Numbered from the stretch's first letter, positions 9,078-18,963 are shown. The stretch is 64,000 nt of DNA from Desulfosoma sp. (GCA_037481835.1 JBBFKW010000002.1:96001-160000), one strand, 5' to 3'. Notes: generated by a model not told the origin, from the sequence alone. Numbers and translations: made by a program.

Positions 9078-10375
9078 GCAAAACCTACGTGTTGGACACC
9101 AACGTCATCCTGCACAATCCCAACGCCATCTTTTCTTTTCAAGACAATCACATTGTCATTCCTCTGGCCGTCATCGAAGAAATCGACGACCAAAAAAAAC
9201 GCCAGGACGAAATCGGCCGAAACGCCAGGTTTTTTTCGCGCCTTCTGGATAAGTTGAGAGGTCAAGGTCCGTTGTCCCAGGGTGTTCCTCTGCCCACGGG
9301 GGGGCTGATCCGGGTGGAAGTCAACCATGTGGCCGACAATGGCCTTCCCCGCGAGTTTGACGGGCACAAGTACGACAACAGAATCCTCGCCTTGGCCCAT
9401 GCCCTGGCCAAGGAAGGAAACGGCCCGGTCATCCTCGTCACCAAGGATCTCAATCTTCGCATCAAGGCCGATGTCATCGGGGTCCGCGCCGAAGATTATT
9501 TTTCCGACAAGGTGGACTACAACGAACTGTACCAGGGCTTTCGCACCCTTTATGTGGAAGGCGACGAACTCAACCGGTTCTATAGAGAGCACAGCCTGGA
9601 GCTTCAGGGTGAGGTGAACCTCCACCCCAGGGAATTCGTTATCCTCAAGCATTCGGCTCATCCGTCCCAGTCCGCCCTGGCTCGGCACGATCATGGACGC
9701 CTCGTGCCGCTCAAGCACGCCGATGCGGTGATCTGGGGCATTCGAGCCCGCAACAAGGAACAAAAATTCGCTTTGGAACTCCTGCTCGACGACACGGTTC
9801 GCGTGGTGACCCAGGTGGGTCGGGCCGGAACCGGCAAGACGCTTTTGGCTTTGGCGGCGGGTTTGGAAAAGGTCGTGGAACACAGGGCGTACCATCGCTT
9901 TCTCATCACCCGGCCTGTCGTTCCTGTGGGAGACGACTTGGGGTATCTGCCCGGATCCCGCGAGGAAAAGCTTCGGCCGTGGATGCAGCCCATCTACGAT
10001 AATCTCGAGTTCCTTTTTCAGGAAGCGGAAGATCCCGCAGAACCCATCGACCATTTAATCCAACGCGGGGTGCTGCAGATGGAAACCTTCACCTACATTC
10101 GAGGGCGAAGCATCCCCAATCAGTTCATTTTGTGCGATGAAGCGCAAAACCTCACGCCCAACATGATCAAGACCTTGATCACCCGGGTGGGCAAGGGCAC
10201 CAAGATCGTCTTCACGGGAGACCCGGAACAGATCGACCACCCCTATCTGGACGCCGGCACCAACGGACTGTCCACTTTGGTGGAAAAGCTCAAGCACGAG
10301 CCTTTGGTAGGCCATGTGACACTGAGACAAGGGGAGCGATCCCGGGTCGCCGAGATGGGCGCCGCCCTTTTGTAG
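9074..10375 (+). CDS. phoH: PhoH-family ATPase with N-terminal PIN domain (PhoH2/YlaK-like)
   Basis: YVLDTNV and VTKDLNLRIKA PIN motifs; GRAGTGKT Walker A; GYLPG, YIRGRS, DEAQN, GDPEQID. Confidence 0.92.
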   Translation: MSKTYVLDTNVILHNPNAIFSFQDNHIVIPLAVIEEIDDQKKRQDEIGRNARFFSRLLDKLRGQGPLSQGVPLPTGGLIRVEVNHVADNGLPREFDGHKYDNRILALAHALAKEGNGPVILVTKDLNLRIKADVIGVRAEDYFSDKVDYNELYQGFRTLYVEGDELNRFYREHSLELQGEVNLHPREFVILKHSAHPSQSALARHDHGRLVPLKHADAVIWGIRARNKEQKFALELLLDDTVRVVTQVGRAGTGKTLLALAAGLEKVVEHRAYHRFLITRPVVPVGDDLGYLPGSREEKLRPWMQPIYDNLEFLFQEAEDPAEPIDHLIQRGVLQMETFTYIRGRSIPNQFILCDEAQNLTPNMIKTLITRVGKGTKIVFTGDPEQIDHPYLDAGTNGLSTLVEKLKHEPLVGHVTLRQGERSRVAEMGAALL

Positions 10376-10713
10376 ACGCCGCGGACTCCTTTGGCCCAAA
10401 AACGGCCGTTGCCTTTGAGGATGTGACGCCCTGGGTTGGAGACGGTTGCACGACGGAATCCTTTCCCCCTTCATTGCGGGATTCGGATCGAGGCGCACCC
10501 ATTGCCTGGGAAGAGCATCGCGAACGGCGTGAAATGCCAAACCGTTGCTTTCGGCCAATTGAAGGAAGGCAAGTTCCGTGGGCGACCCGTCCAAAAGCTG
10601 GGTTGCACCCTGAGGGTCTACCTGCAGCCGGGCTCCATGCACAGATCGGCATGGCCCCGAGCGGTGCTATCTTGGCCAACTCGGTTCGCTTGTTTCGTTC
10701 GGCTTCAGAGGAC

Positions 10714-10766
10714 GTCACACCGTTGTCACAAAAGTGACGTCAAGGCGACACGAACGGAAAGATACT
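10714..10766 (+). promoter_or_regulatory. Pho-box-like array plus -10 element of the GT4 operon
   Basis: GTCACA (10714), GTCACA (10725), GACGT (10736), GACAC (10747), then GATACT (10761). A 10-bp hairpin (10777-10806) lies before the RBS. Confidence 0.7.
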
Positions 10767-10834
10767 GTGGCGACGACGCCGAAGGGCGAGCTGCCACCCT
10801 TCGGCGAGAAATGTTGGGACAAAAGAGGAGTCTC

Positions 10835-12025
10835 ATGCCCGTCATCACCATCTGTGACGTGATCCAATTTCACAGCCCGCTCAGCGGTGGCATCAAACGC
10901 TACGTGACGGATAAGGCCCGTTTTGTGAAGTCGTTAAAGGATGTGAGCCATTGCGTGATTGTTCCCGGCTCAGAGGATCGCCTGGAAGTTTTTGGAAAGT
11001 CCAGGTTTTACTTTGTTCGGTCTCTGCCCATGGTGGGTGCCGTAGGCTACCGGCTGTTGCTTTCTCGCTGGAAGATCTTGGACATTCTGCGGAAGGAAAA
11101 ACCCCACGTCATTGAAATCGGGGATCCTTACTACTCGGCATGGGTGGCTTTGGCATATGGCGAAAAATCCCGGACTCCCACCGTCGGCTATTATCATTCG
11201 GATTTTCCACGAGCTCTGGATCGCACCGTAAAAAAATACTTCGGTTCCACCACGGCCCGGATGACCTCTTTTTATATCCACGGCTATCTCAGCCGGCTTT
11301 ACCGGCGCATGGATGCCGTCGTTGCGGCCACCCGCCGAGGTCGGGATGCCCTGGGCCATCTGGGCGTGCGCACGACACGCATCATTCCCTTGGGCGTCGA
11401 TCTCGAAATTTTCCACCCTCGGAGGGAGCGAGAGGAATTTCGAAGGACTCTGGGAATTTCTGCCTCGGGCCGTTTGATTCTCTACGTCGGGCGACTGGCT
11501 AGGGAAAAGAACGTGTCGAGCCTGGTGCCCATGATGGACCGACTCAATGGCAACGGAGTGCCCGCCGTTTTATGCATCGTGGGCGATGGGGAGCTTCGCA
11601 AGAAGCTCTGCAAGGCAGCCGCTCGGAGGTCCTACATCCGAATGATGCCCTATTGCCGATCCATGGAGACTCTGGCCCGCATTTATTCGGCGGCCGACCT
11701 GTGCGTCTATCCCGGCACGAGTGAGACTTTCGGCTACGTCTCCGTGGAAGCGCAAGCCTGTGGCACGCGGGTCTTGGTGGTCCAGGGCGGTGGGGCCGAA
11801 GAGACCGTGAAGGGTGAAGATCCGTGTTACCTGGCCCGGTCCTCCAATCCCGAAGATCTGGCCCAGGCGGCGGCCCTCTCCTTGACCACACCCGAATCGG
11901 AGGAGACGCGCCGGATGCGGCATTACCGGATCGCCGATCGGTTCCCGTGGCATCGAACCTTCGAACAGCTCCTCACTTTGTATCGGGAATTGGCCGATAA
12001 GGACCCGATTTCCTGGGCGGCTTGA
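10835..12025 (+). CDS. GT4 glycosyltransferase (putative lipid GlcNAc/hexosyl transferase)
   Basis: SGGIKRY, GYYHSD, IPLGVD, YVGRLAREK, ETFG..SVEAQACG; RBS GAGGAG. Confidence 0.88.
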   Translation: MPVITICDVIQFHSPLSGGIKRYVTDKARFVKSLKDVSHCVIVPGSEDRLEVFGKSRFYFVRSLPMVGAVGYRLLLSRWKILDILRKEKPHVIEIGDPYYSAWVALAYGEKSRTPTVGYYHSDFPRALDRTVKKYFGSTTARMTSFYIHGYLSRLYRRMDAVVAATRRGRDALGHLGVRTTRIIPLGVDLEIFHPRREREEFRRTLGISASGRLILYVGRLAREKNVSSLVPMMDRLNGNGVPAVLCIVGDGELRKKLCKAAARRSYIRMMPYCRSMETLARIYSAADLCVYPGTSETFGYVSVEAQACGTRVLVVQGGGAEETVKGEDPCYLARSSNPEDLAQAAALSLTTPESEETRRMRHYRIADRFPWHRTFEQLLTLYRELADKDPISWAA

Positions 12026-12044
12026 AAAGAGGACCATTTGGGGA

Positions 12045-12800
12045 ATGGGGTCTTCGAACAAGGCTCTGATCGTCTCCTTCCATGATGTAACGCCCGTGAC
12101 TTACAACGCGTTTTCGGCCTTTGCAGAAGAATTGGCCGCCGTGGGTGTCTTTTCATTGACGTGGCTTATTGTGCCTTTGTGGCACGGGCATTTGTTACTC
12201 CCGCCCGAAAGCCCTTGCGCTCAGTACCTGCGCACAAGGCAGGCTCACGGCGACACCATGATCCTTCACGGCTTGACGCATCGGAAAACGGGCAGACCGT
12301 TGGGGGAATCTTTCAAGAACTTCATCATCCGGCGAGTGTATACCGCAAGGGAGAGCGAATTCTTGCATCTCCGCGAAGACATTTTGAGACGCAAAATCCG
12401 CCTGGGCAAGGCGATTTTGGAAGGGGCCGGAATTGGACCTACGGGATTCATCGCGCCGGGCTGGATTTTCCCGCCGGACGGCCACGGGATTCTCAAGGAG
12501 ATGGGTTTCCTTCTCACCGAAACTTACGGGCACATTCACGGGGTACAAACAAACCGTTCCGTTCGGGCGCCCGTGATCACGGCAAGCAGCCGCGCGTTGT
12601 GGCGGACGGTCCTTTCACGGGCTCTCGTGCCGGCATTGAGGCATCTATATTCGGATGCTGTGGTGGTGCGCGTGGCCATTCATCCCGCAGATCTTCATGA
12701 CTCCGCAATGCGCCGTCTTTGGCTGGAAGTCATCGGGAAACTGCTTGGCCGGCGAGAGCCCCGAACCCTGTCTTCGTGGGCGGCGAGCGTCGGGCTGTAA
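12045..12800 (+). CDS. DUF2334 / NodB-like deacetylase
   Basis: SFHDV, LHGLTH, ESEF, GFIAPGW, RVAIHPAD. Confidence 0.82.
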   Translation: MGSSNKALIVSFHDVTPVTYNAFSAFAEELAAVGVFSLTWLIVPLWHGHLLLPPESPCAQYLRTRQAHGDTMILHGLTHRKTGRPLGESFKNFIIRRVYTARESEFLHLREDILRRKIRLGKAILEGAGIGPTGFIAPGWIFPPDGHGILKEMGFLLTETYGHIHGVQTNRSVRAPVITASSRALWRTVLSRALVPALRHLYSDAVVVRVAIHPADLHDSAMRRLWLEVIGKLLGRREPRTLSSWAASVGL

Positions 12801-13804
12801 TGCTTTTTCACGGTTCCAGAGCGCCCCTTTACGAGGGGCGAAAACTTTTGAAGGCCGCATTCTTTGGAGCGGTTCTTTGCATTTTTCCCCCTCTTGTCGT
12901 CCTCCTCTCCCGGGACGGCCCCGAGATGTTGGAGAATTTCCACAGGGTGCCCATAGGGCTCCTCGGCCTTTTCTCATCCATGGTTTTCGGGGCGTGGGTG
13001 TGCCACAGCCTGCGCGTTCTGATCATGGTGAGGGCTCTGGGATACCCCTGTTCTTGGGTGGACGCCTTCTTTGCAGCTTTGGCCATGGAATTCGGTGTGG
13101 CAGCTACCCCGGGAGGCGTGGGCGGGGCTACCTTGAAGGTTGCCTCTCTCAAGAAACTGGGGATGCCGGTCGGGGAATCCCTGGGGCTTATCGCCACGGA
13201 TCTCCTCATTGATATGGTTTTTTTCCTTGCGACGGGAATTGCGGGCACATGGGCCGCCGTCACGGATCCCCGATGGCAGAAAATGTGGGCTTCGGTCACG
13301 GTAAGACGTCTCCCGGAGGTGGGCTGGGAAGCTGTGGCGGTATTCGGCGTGGCGGTTCTAATGAGTCTCCTGTGGATGAAAAAGAGCCGATCCAATCGAA
13401 CCGGCCTCGTGGGGGAAGTTCCGGGAGCTGCGGAGTCGTCGCCGAGAGAAAGCCTCTGGGGGAAGACTCTGGATGCCCTTCGCCTCGGGTGTCGTGTGGC
13501 GCCCCGATTGTTTCAAAACCATGCGGCCGCCGTTTTCACCTGTCTGTTTCTCTCGTTAGGCCAAGGATTATGCCGGTTCGGCATACTGCCCCTTTTGGTG
13601 CGTTTCTTCGATGCCGACTTCAGCCTCCTCCCTTTGTTTCCTCTCCAGGCGTTGCTCTGGGCTCTGTCCCTGGCCCTCGTGACTCCCGGCGGGGGCGGCG
13701 GTGTGGAAATTCTTTCGCTGGTGTTTCTCCGAGCCCTGCTGTCGACGGAAGAGGCGACCGTCATTGTTTTCGTGTGGCGTTTCTTTACCTTGCACCTGAA
13801 TTGA
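12800..13804 (+). CDS. Lysylphosphatidylglycerol-synthase TM (flippase-like) membrane protein; C-terminus possibly truncated
   Basis: ATPGGVGG, TPGGGGGVE, WRFFT motifs and many TM helices; TAATG coupling to the deacetylase. A hydrophobic in-frame tail continues past the TGA to 13855. Confidence 0.8.
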   Translation: MLFHGSRAPLYEGRKLLKAAFFGAVLCIFPPLVVLLSRDGPEMLENFHRVPIGLLGLFSSMVFGAWVCHSLRVLIMVRALGYPCSWVDAFFAALAMEFGVAATPGGVGGATLKVASLKKLGMPVGESLGLIATDLLIDMVFFLATGIAGTWAAVTDPRWQKMWASVTVRRLPEVGWEAVAVFGVAVLMSLLWMKKSRSNRTGLVGEVPGAAESSPRESLWGKTLDALRLGCRVAPRLFQNHAAAVFTCLFLSLGQGLCRFGILPLLVRFFDADFSLLPLFPLQALLWALSLALVTPGGGGGVEILSLVFLRALLSTEEATVIVFVWRFFTLHLN

Positions 13805-13971
13805 CTTGTTGGTTCTCTTGCCTTGTTCCGTCTTTTTCCGAAGGCTCATAGCTGAAACGCATCGCATCGGCGCAAAATCCTCTTCCAGCTTTTTGTGGCG
13901 CCCAATGGGGTCGGCCGCCTCATCGATGAACCTTGCGCGATGATTCGGAGTCGACTGAAATCTCTTTGCCT

Positions 13972-13998
13972 TTCATCAAATTGTCACGCCGTTGACGC
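13972..13998 (+). promoter_or_regulatory. Pho-box-like array upstream of PHP-GT4
   Basis: TTCAT (13972), GTCAC (13983), GACGC (13994): 11-bp period. Confidence 0.5.
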
Positions 13999-14062
13999 CT
14001 CCTGGAAACCTTCCCGTGGCAGAGTTGTCGCGAACGAAAACCTGAAAGGGGGAGGCGAACCC

Positions 14063-16525
14063 ATGAAGGCGGATCTGCACGTGCATTCCCGATTTTCCAA
14101 GAGACCCTCGCAATGGATTCTTCAGAAGCTTGGATGTCCGGAGAGTTTTACCCAACCCATAGACGTGTATCGCATCGCTCGAAAAAAGGGCATGGACTTG
14201 GTAACCATTACAGACCACAACACCATCGACGGTGTGGCCGAAATCGCTCACCTGCCCGGGGTCTTCGTCAGTGAAGAGGTCACCACCTATTTCCCGGAGG
14301 ATGGCTGCAAGGTGCACGTTTTGACCTACGGCCTTTCCCCCAATGAGCATCAGGACATCCAAAAGATTCGGGAAAATATTTATGATTTGGTGATGTATCT
14401 GAGGGAGAAGAAGATCGTTCATGCCGTCGCCCATCCCCTTTACAGTATCAATGACAAACTGACGGCGGACCATTTTGAAAAAATGCTCCTTCTGTTTCGC
14501 ATCTTTGAACTCAACGGCGCACGAAACGACGCCCAGAATCGCATCCTACGGGCCCTTCTGCCCGCATTGGACGGTTCCGTTCTTGGACGCCTTGCGGAGA
14601 AACACTGCGATCTTCCGGGTCCTGTGGAGATGGGTCGTAAATGGATCATCGGCGGGTCCGACGATCACAGTTCGCTCAACATCGCCCGGTTTTGGACGCA
14701 GGTTTCGGGGGCTTCGGACATTCCCTCCTTCTTGGAAGGGATCGTCACGGGCCAGGCCGGGGTAGAAGGGGCACCCGCCACTCCCTTGACCATGGCCCAC
14801 AATCTCTACGGGATCGCGTACCAGTACTACCGGGACCGCTTCGGCCTGGGTCGGCATCTCCACAAGGATCTGCTCCTGCAATTTCTTGAACGGGTCCTGG
14901 ATGTCCACCGCGAGGCTGAACCGAGATCCTGGACGAGTCGCGTTTACGATCTGGCTCGCACCAGTCGCTTTTGGCGACGGCGCACCGATGGGGAAAAGGA
15001 ACTTCCTCCGGTCCAGGCTTTCTGGAAAATGTCCCAAAGCCTCGTCGAAAAAGACGGGCGATTCATGGCCGCCGCCGTCGGCCGGTCCCGCCTGTCTGCT
15101 TCGGCGGCCGAAAAGCTCTGGTACGTTTTCGTGGAACAAGCCTGTGACGGCCTTCTGATGGAGCTTTGTCACCGTATCGGAACCCAACTGCGCAGCGCCA
15201 ACGTTTTTGATGTGTTCGGAAGTCTCGGTTCGGCGGGGGCGCTTTACAGTCTTATGGCGCCCTTTTTTGTCGCCTTTTCCCACTTTACCAAGGATCGAAT
15301 CTTGGCGGACGACATCGGGCGTCGTTTCCCAACTCTCGAAACTGCCGAGCCCGGGGCCGGCGGACTGGCCGTGGCCCACTTTTCCGACACGATCTTAGAA
15401 GTCAATGGTGTTGCCCGCACCTTGCTCCAGCAGCTCCAGGTGGCGCAGAGCTTGGGAAACCGTTTGACCCTTTTGACTTCCGATGACGGGTCCAAGGAAC
15501 TGCCTTCCGGCGTGGTGAATTTCAAACCGGTGGGCCGCTATGCCATGCCGGAATATCCCGAAATTTCCCTTAATATCCCCCCATTTTTAGAACTTCTTAG
15601 CTTCTGCTACAAAGAAAACTTCACCCAAATCCACGCCGCAACGCCCGGCCCCATGGGTTTGGCCGCTTTGGCCGTGGGCCGCATCCTCTCCCTTCCCATT
15701 GTTTCCACCTACCACACGGCCTTGCCACAATACGTGCGGCGATTGACGGGGGATGAGGGGCTGGAGGCCCTCACATGGCGATACGTGATATGGTATTATA
15801 ATCAAATGGATAAAATTTACGTTCCTTCGGCGGCCACGGGTGAAGAGCTTATCGGCCACGGGCTTCCGCCGGATAAGGTGTGCACCTACCCGCGGGGCGT
15901 GGATATCGAAAGGTTTTCTCCAGATAAGCGATCCGCCCGATTTCGCGTCCGGCACGGTATTGCGGACAAAACGGCCGCTGTGTATGTGGGGCGCCTTTCC
16001 AAGGAAAAGGATCTGGATGTTCTGTGCCGGGCGTTTCGCAAGCTTCACGCCAAACACCCGAAGACCGCTTTGGTTCTCGTGGGCGATGGGCCCTACCGCC
16101 AAGAATTGGAGAAAGCCCTCACAGGAACCTGTGCGGTCTTCACGGGCTATCTTTCGGGGGAAGCCCTGTCCGAGGCTTTTGCCTCATGCGACTTTCTTGT
16201 TTTTCCCAGCACCACGGACACCTTCGGCAATGTGGTCTTGGAAGCGCAGGCTTCGGGAATTCCCGTGATCGTAAGCGACCGGGGAGGTCCCCGGGAAAAC
16301 GTGGTTCCTGGGCGCACGGGCTGGATTTTTACCGGTCATGACGAAGAGAGTCTTCTGGGACGCATGGAATGGATGTGTATCAACACCGAAAGGCGTCGCG
16401 AAATGGGTCAACAAGCCCGAAAAAGCATGGAACGGCGCTCATTCCAGCGGGCTTTCCAGGCCATGTGGGAACTGTTCGAAGCGACTTCCGAAAAGGAAGA
16501 ACTGTCCCTTCCCGAAGCCGTTTAA
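14063..16525 (+). CDS. PHP phosphoesterase - GT4 glycosyltransferase fusion
   Basis: N-terminal DLHVHS, ITDHN, AHP, GGSDDH; C-terminal NGVARTL, YHT, RGVD, YVGRLSKEK, TDTFGNVVLEA; RBS GGAGG. Confidence 0.88.
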   Translation: MKADLHVHSRFSKRPSQWILQKLGCPESFTQPIDVYRIARKKGMDLVTITDHNTIDGVAEIAHLPGVFVSEEVTTYFPEDGCKVHVLTYGLSPNEHQDIQKIRENIYDLVMYLREKKIVHAVAHPLYSINDKLTADHFEKMLLLFRIFELNGARNDAQNRILRALLPALDGSVLGRLAEKHCDLPGPVEMGRKWIIGGSDDHSSLNIARFWTQVSGASDIPSFLEGIVTGQAGVEGAPATPLTMAHNLYGIAYQYYRDRFGLGRHLHKDLLLQFLERVLDVHREAEPRSWTSRVYDLARTSRFWRRRTDGEKELPPVQAFWKMSQSLVEKDGRFMAAAVGRSRLSASAAEKLWYVFVEQACDGLLMELCHRIGTQLRSANVFDVFGSLGSAGALYSLMAPFFVAFSHFTKDRILADDIGRRFPTLETAEPGAGGLAVAHFSDTILEVNGVARTLLQQLQVAQSLGNRLTLLTSDDGSKELPSGVVNFKPVGRYAMPEYPEISLNIPPFLELLSFCYKENFTQIHAATPGPMGLAALAVGRILSLPIVSTYHTALPQYVRRLTGDEGLEALTWRYVIWYYNQMDKIYVPSAATGEELIGHGLPPDKVCTYPRGVDIERFSPDKRSARFRVRHGIADKTAAVYVGRLSKEKDLDVLCRAFRKLHAKHPKTALVLVGDGPYRQELEKALTGTCAVFTGYLSGEALSEAFASCDFLVFPSTTDTFGNVVLEAQASGIPVIVSDRGGPRENVVPGRTGWIFTGHDEESLLGRMEWMCINTERRREMGQQARKSMERRSFQRAFQAMWELFEATSEKEELSLPEAV

Positions 16526-16558
16526 CAACACCCCGTCAAAGAGACCGCGAAAGGACGA

Positions 16559-18391
16559 GTGCCCATGGATACGGCGGACAAAGGCGCCATCCGCTTGCTT
16601 CCACGGACTGCCGGCTTGTGGCGTCCCGTGCTCAAATGTTTGGATAAAATAACGGCGTTGGAGCCTCTGGAATGCACCTACCGAAGCCTTCCCCGTGCGA
16701 TGGATCCGGCCGGATTTGTGAACGAGGCCTTGAGGGCGCTTGGGGTGGGCCCGGTGGTCCTCGGAAACGAACAGTTTCCGGCCTCGGGCCCGATTTTAGT
16801 GGTGGCCAATCACCCGTTCGGCGGCGTGGAAGGCCTTCTGATCGCCCGTCTTCTTTTGGAGGTGCGCCCAGACGTGAAGATCATGGCCAACGCCCTCTTG
16901 GAACACATTCCGGAGATGGCCCCTTTGATTATCGGTATAGACCCCTTCGGGAACCGAAAGTCTCTGGACCGTAACATCGCGCCTCTGCGCCGTTGCGTGG
17001 CGTGGCTCAAGGACGGAGGCGTTCTGGTCGTGTTCCCGTCGGGCACCGTGTCCCATTTCCATGTGCGAAAGCGGCGCATTACGGATCCGCCGTGGAGCCC
17101 GAGCGTGGGGCGGCTGGTCCTGTGGAGCCGGTGTTCGGTTGTGCCGATCCATTTCGATGGTGCCAACAGCTTGTTATTCCAGCTCCTTGGCCTGTTTCAT
17201 CCGCGTTTGCGAACCCTTCTTTTGCCGAGGGAGTTGCACAACAAGCGTGGACACGAAGTCCGGCTGACCGTGGGCCGAACGATTCCCTTTAAAAAGCTCT
17301 CAGAAATCGGGTCTCCGGAAGGGATCACGGAATATTTGAGAGCGCACACATACGCCCTGGGAATTGCCGGAAACACAAATCGAGGGAGGGGCACGGTTCC
17401 GCGATGGCGTCACGTGGCCCAGAGGCCGTTACGTCCGTGCGCCCCCATCGGGGACGCGGTTCATCCATCTCTCTTGCGTGAGGACATACAGCGCCTGGAC
17501 CCCGCCCAGTGTCTTTTCCAAAGCGGAGCCTACAGAGTCTGGTGTGCCGAAGCGGTGCAGATCCCTCATATTCTCCAGGAAATCGGGCGCCTTCGGGAGA
17601 CGACCTTTCGCGAAGTGGGAGAGGGGACTGGACGGTCTGTGGATTTGGACCGATTCGACCGACATTACGACCACCTGTTCTTGTGGAATGAGGAAACTCA
17701 AAAAATTGCGGGGGCGTATCGCATCGGTCGGGGCGATCGGCTTCTCGGTCAGATGGGCTTGGAAGGTTTTTATACGCACACGCTTTTTAAGTATGAGGCT
17801 GGATTTCGACCTTTTTTGGAAAAGAGCCTGGAGCTGGGGCGTTCTTTCGTCCGGTCCGAATACCAAAAGACCTACGCCCCGCTGTGGTTTCTCTGGAAAG
17901 GGATCGGCCGTTACGCGGCACGCCACGAAAGGTATCGGTTTCTGCTCGGCCCGGTGAGCATCAGTGATGCCTATCACGTGCTTAGTCGGCATCTCATTCT
18001 CATGTATCTGCGGCACAATCATTTTTCGGAACAATGGGCCCGCTGGGTCTGTGCGCGACGGCCGTGGCGCCGCATGCCCTCCATCCCTTGGAATGCTCGC
18101 ACCCTATGTCGGAATCTTACGGATATGGACCTCTTTTCGGAGTTGATCGCAACCATCGAAAAGCGCGAAAGGGCGTTGCCCATCCTTCTTCGCCAATACA
18201 TCAAACTTGGGGGAAAGGTTTTGGGTTTCAACGTGGATCCGAAATTTTCGGATGTCTTGGATGCTCTGATTGTCGTGGATCTTGCCCAGGCCGAGCCCTC
18301 CCTTCTCGAAAAAACCATGGGCCAGGAAGCCGCCCGTCGTTTCCTGAGCGTCCACCAGGCCCCGTCCCTCAGTCTGCCGATGTGTGCGTGA
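16559..18391 (+). CDS. olsF: Bifunctional acyltransferase (PlsC-like + GNAT), OlsF-like ornithine-lipid synthase
   Basis: NHPFGGVEG and VFPSG in the N-half; GRLRETTFREVGEGTG, DLDRFD, GAYRIG, LELGRSFV in the C-half. Confidence 0.75.
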   Translation: MPMDTADKGAIRLLPRTAGLWRPVLKCLDKITALEPLECTYRSLPRAMDPAGFVNEALRALGVGPVVLGNEQFPASGPILVVANHPFGGVEGLLIARLLLEVRPDVKIMANALLEHIPEMAPLIIGIDPFGNRKSLDRNIAPLRRCVAWLKDGGVLVVFPSGTVSHFHVRKRRITDPPWSPSVGRLVLWSRCSVVPIHFDGANSLLFQLLGLFHPRLRTLLLPRELHNKRGHEVRLTVGRTIPFKKLSEIGSPEGITEYLRAHTYALGIAGNTNRGRGTVPRWRHVAQRPLRPCAPIGDAVHPSLLREDIQRLDPAQCLFQSGAYRVWCAEAVQIPHILQEIGRLRETTFREVGEGTGRSVDLDRFDRHYDHLFLWNEETQKIAGAYRIGRGDRLLGQMGLEGFYTHTLFKYEAGFRPFLEKSLELGRSFVRSEYQKTYAPLWFLWKGIGRYAARHERYRFLLGPVSISDAYHVLSRHLILMYLRHNHFSEQWARWVCARRPWRRMPSIPWNARTLCRNLTDMDLFSELIATIEKRERALPILLRQYIKLGGKVLGFNVDPKFSDVLDALIVVDLAQAEPSLLEKTMGQEAARRFLSVHQAPSLSLPMCA

Positions 18392-18438
18392 TCCCCATCG
18401 TTTTCTGAATTTGGCGCCCAAAGAATCGCGGCGGATTT

Positions 18439-18465
18439 GTCACGAAAACGTCACACGTCCGTCAC
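18439..18465 (+). promoter_or_regulatory. Pho-box-like array upstream of arsC
   Basis: Three perfect GTCAC at 18439, 18450 and 18461. Confidence 0.75.
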
Positions 18466-18516
18466 GGACGTCGGTTCATTGTATTTCCGAATAGTCTTCA
18501 AACGGAAAGGATCGCC

Positions 18517-18963
18517 ATGGAACGGAAAATTCTTTTTATTTGCGTGCACAATAGCGGCCGAAGCGTCATGGCCGAAGCCTATGCCAACACGTTCGGCCAG
18601 GGAAGAGTCCGGGCGGAAAGCGCCGGTTTCGAACCCAGGCCCGTACTTCCGGGAATCGTGGAGGTCATGCGGGAGGAGGGCATCGATGTCAGCCAACATC
18701 AGCCGAGAAGCGTTTTCGATCTCTATCGGCAAGGAAAAACGTATGACGCCGTGGTCACCGTCTGCGATGGTACGGAGGAGTCGGCGTGCCCCATCTTTCC
18801 TGGGATAGCCCTTCGCGACCACTGGCCTTTTCCGGACCCGTCAAAGGTCGAAGGCCTTTCGGAGGAAGAGCGAAAAGCGAAGCTTCGGGCCATTCGCGAC
18901 GCGGTGAAAGCCAAGGTCCGGCAATGGATTCATTCTCTGGATGCCGCAGAGAAGGACCTGTAA
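18517..18963 (+). CDS. arsC: Thioredoxin-type arsenate reductase / LMW-PTP family
   Basis: CVHNSGRS P-loop, VTVC....ACP.FPG resolving cysteines, HWPFPDP. Confidence 0.85.
   Translation: MERKILFICVHNSGRSVMAEAYANTFGQGRVRAESAGFEPRPVLPGIVEVMREEGIDVSQHQPRSVFDLYRQGKTYDAVVTVCDGTEESACPIFPGIALRDHWPFPDPSKVEGLSEEERKAKLRAIRDAVKAKVRQWIHSLDAAEKDL

Noticed and set aside
10376..10713. ORFs in the phoH-GT4 gap, including a 133-aa N-terminal extension of the GT4
   Set aside because: No motifs or RBS; the Pho-box-like promoter and RBS point to ATG 10835.
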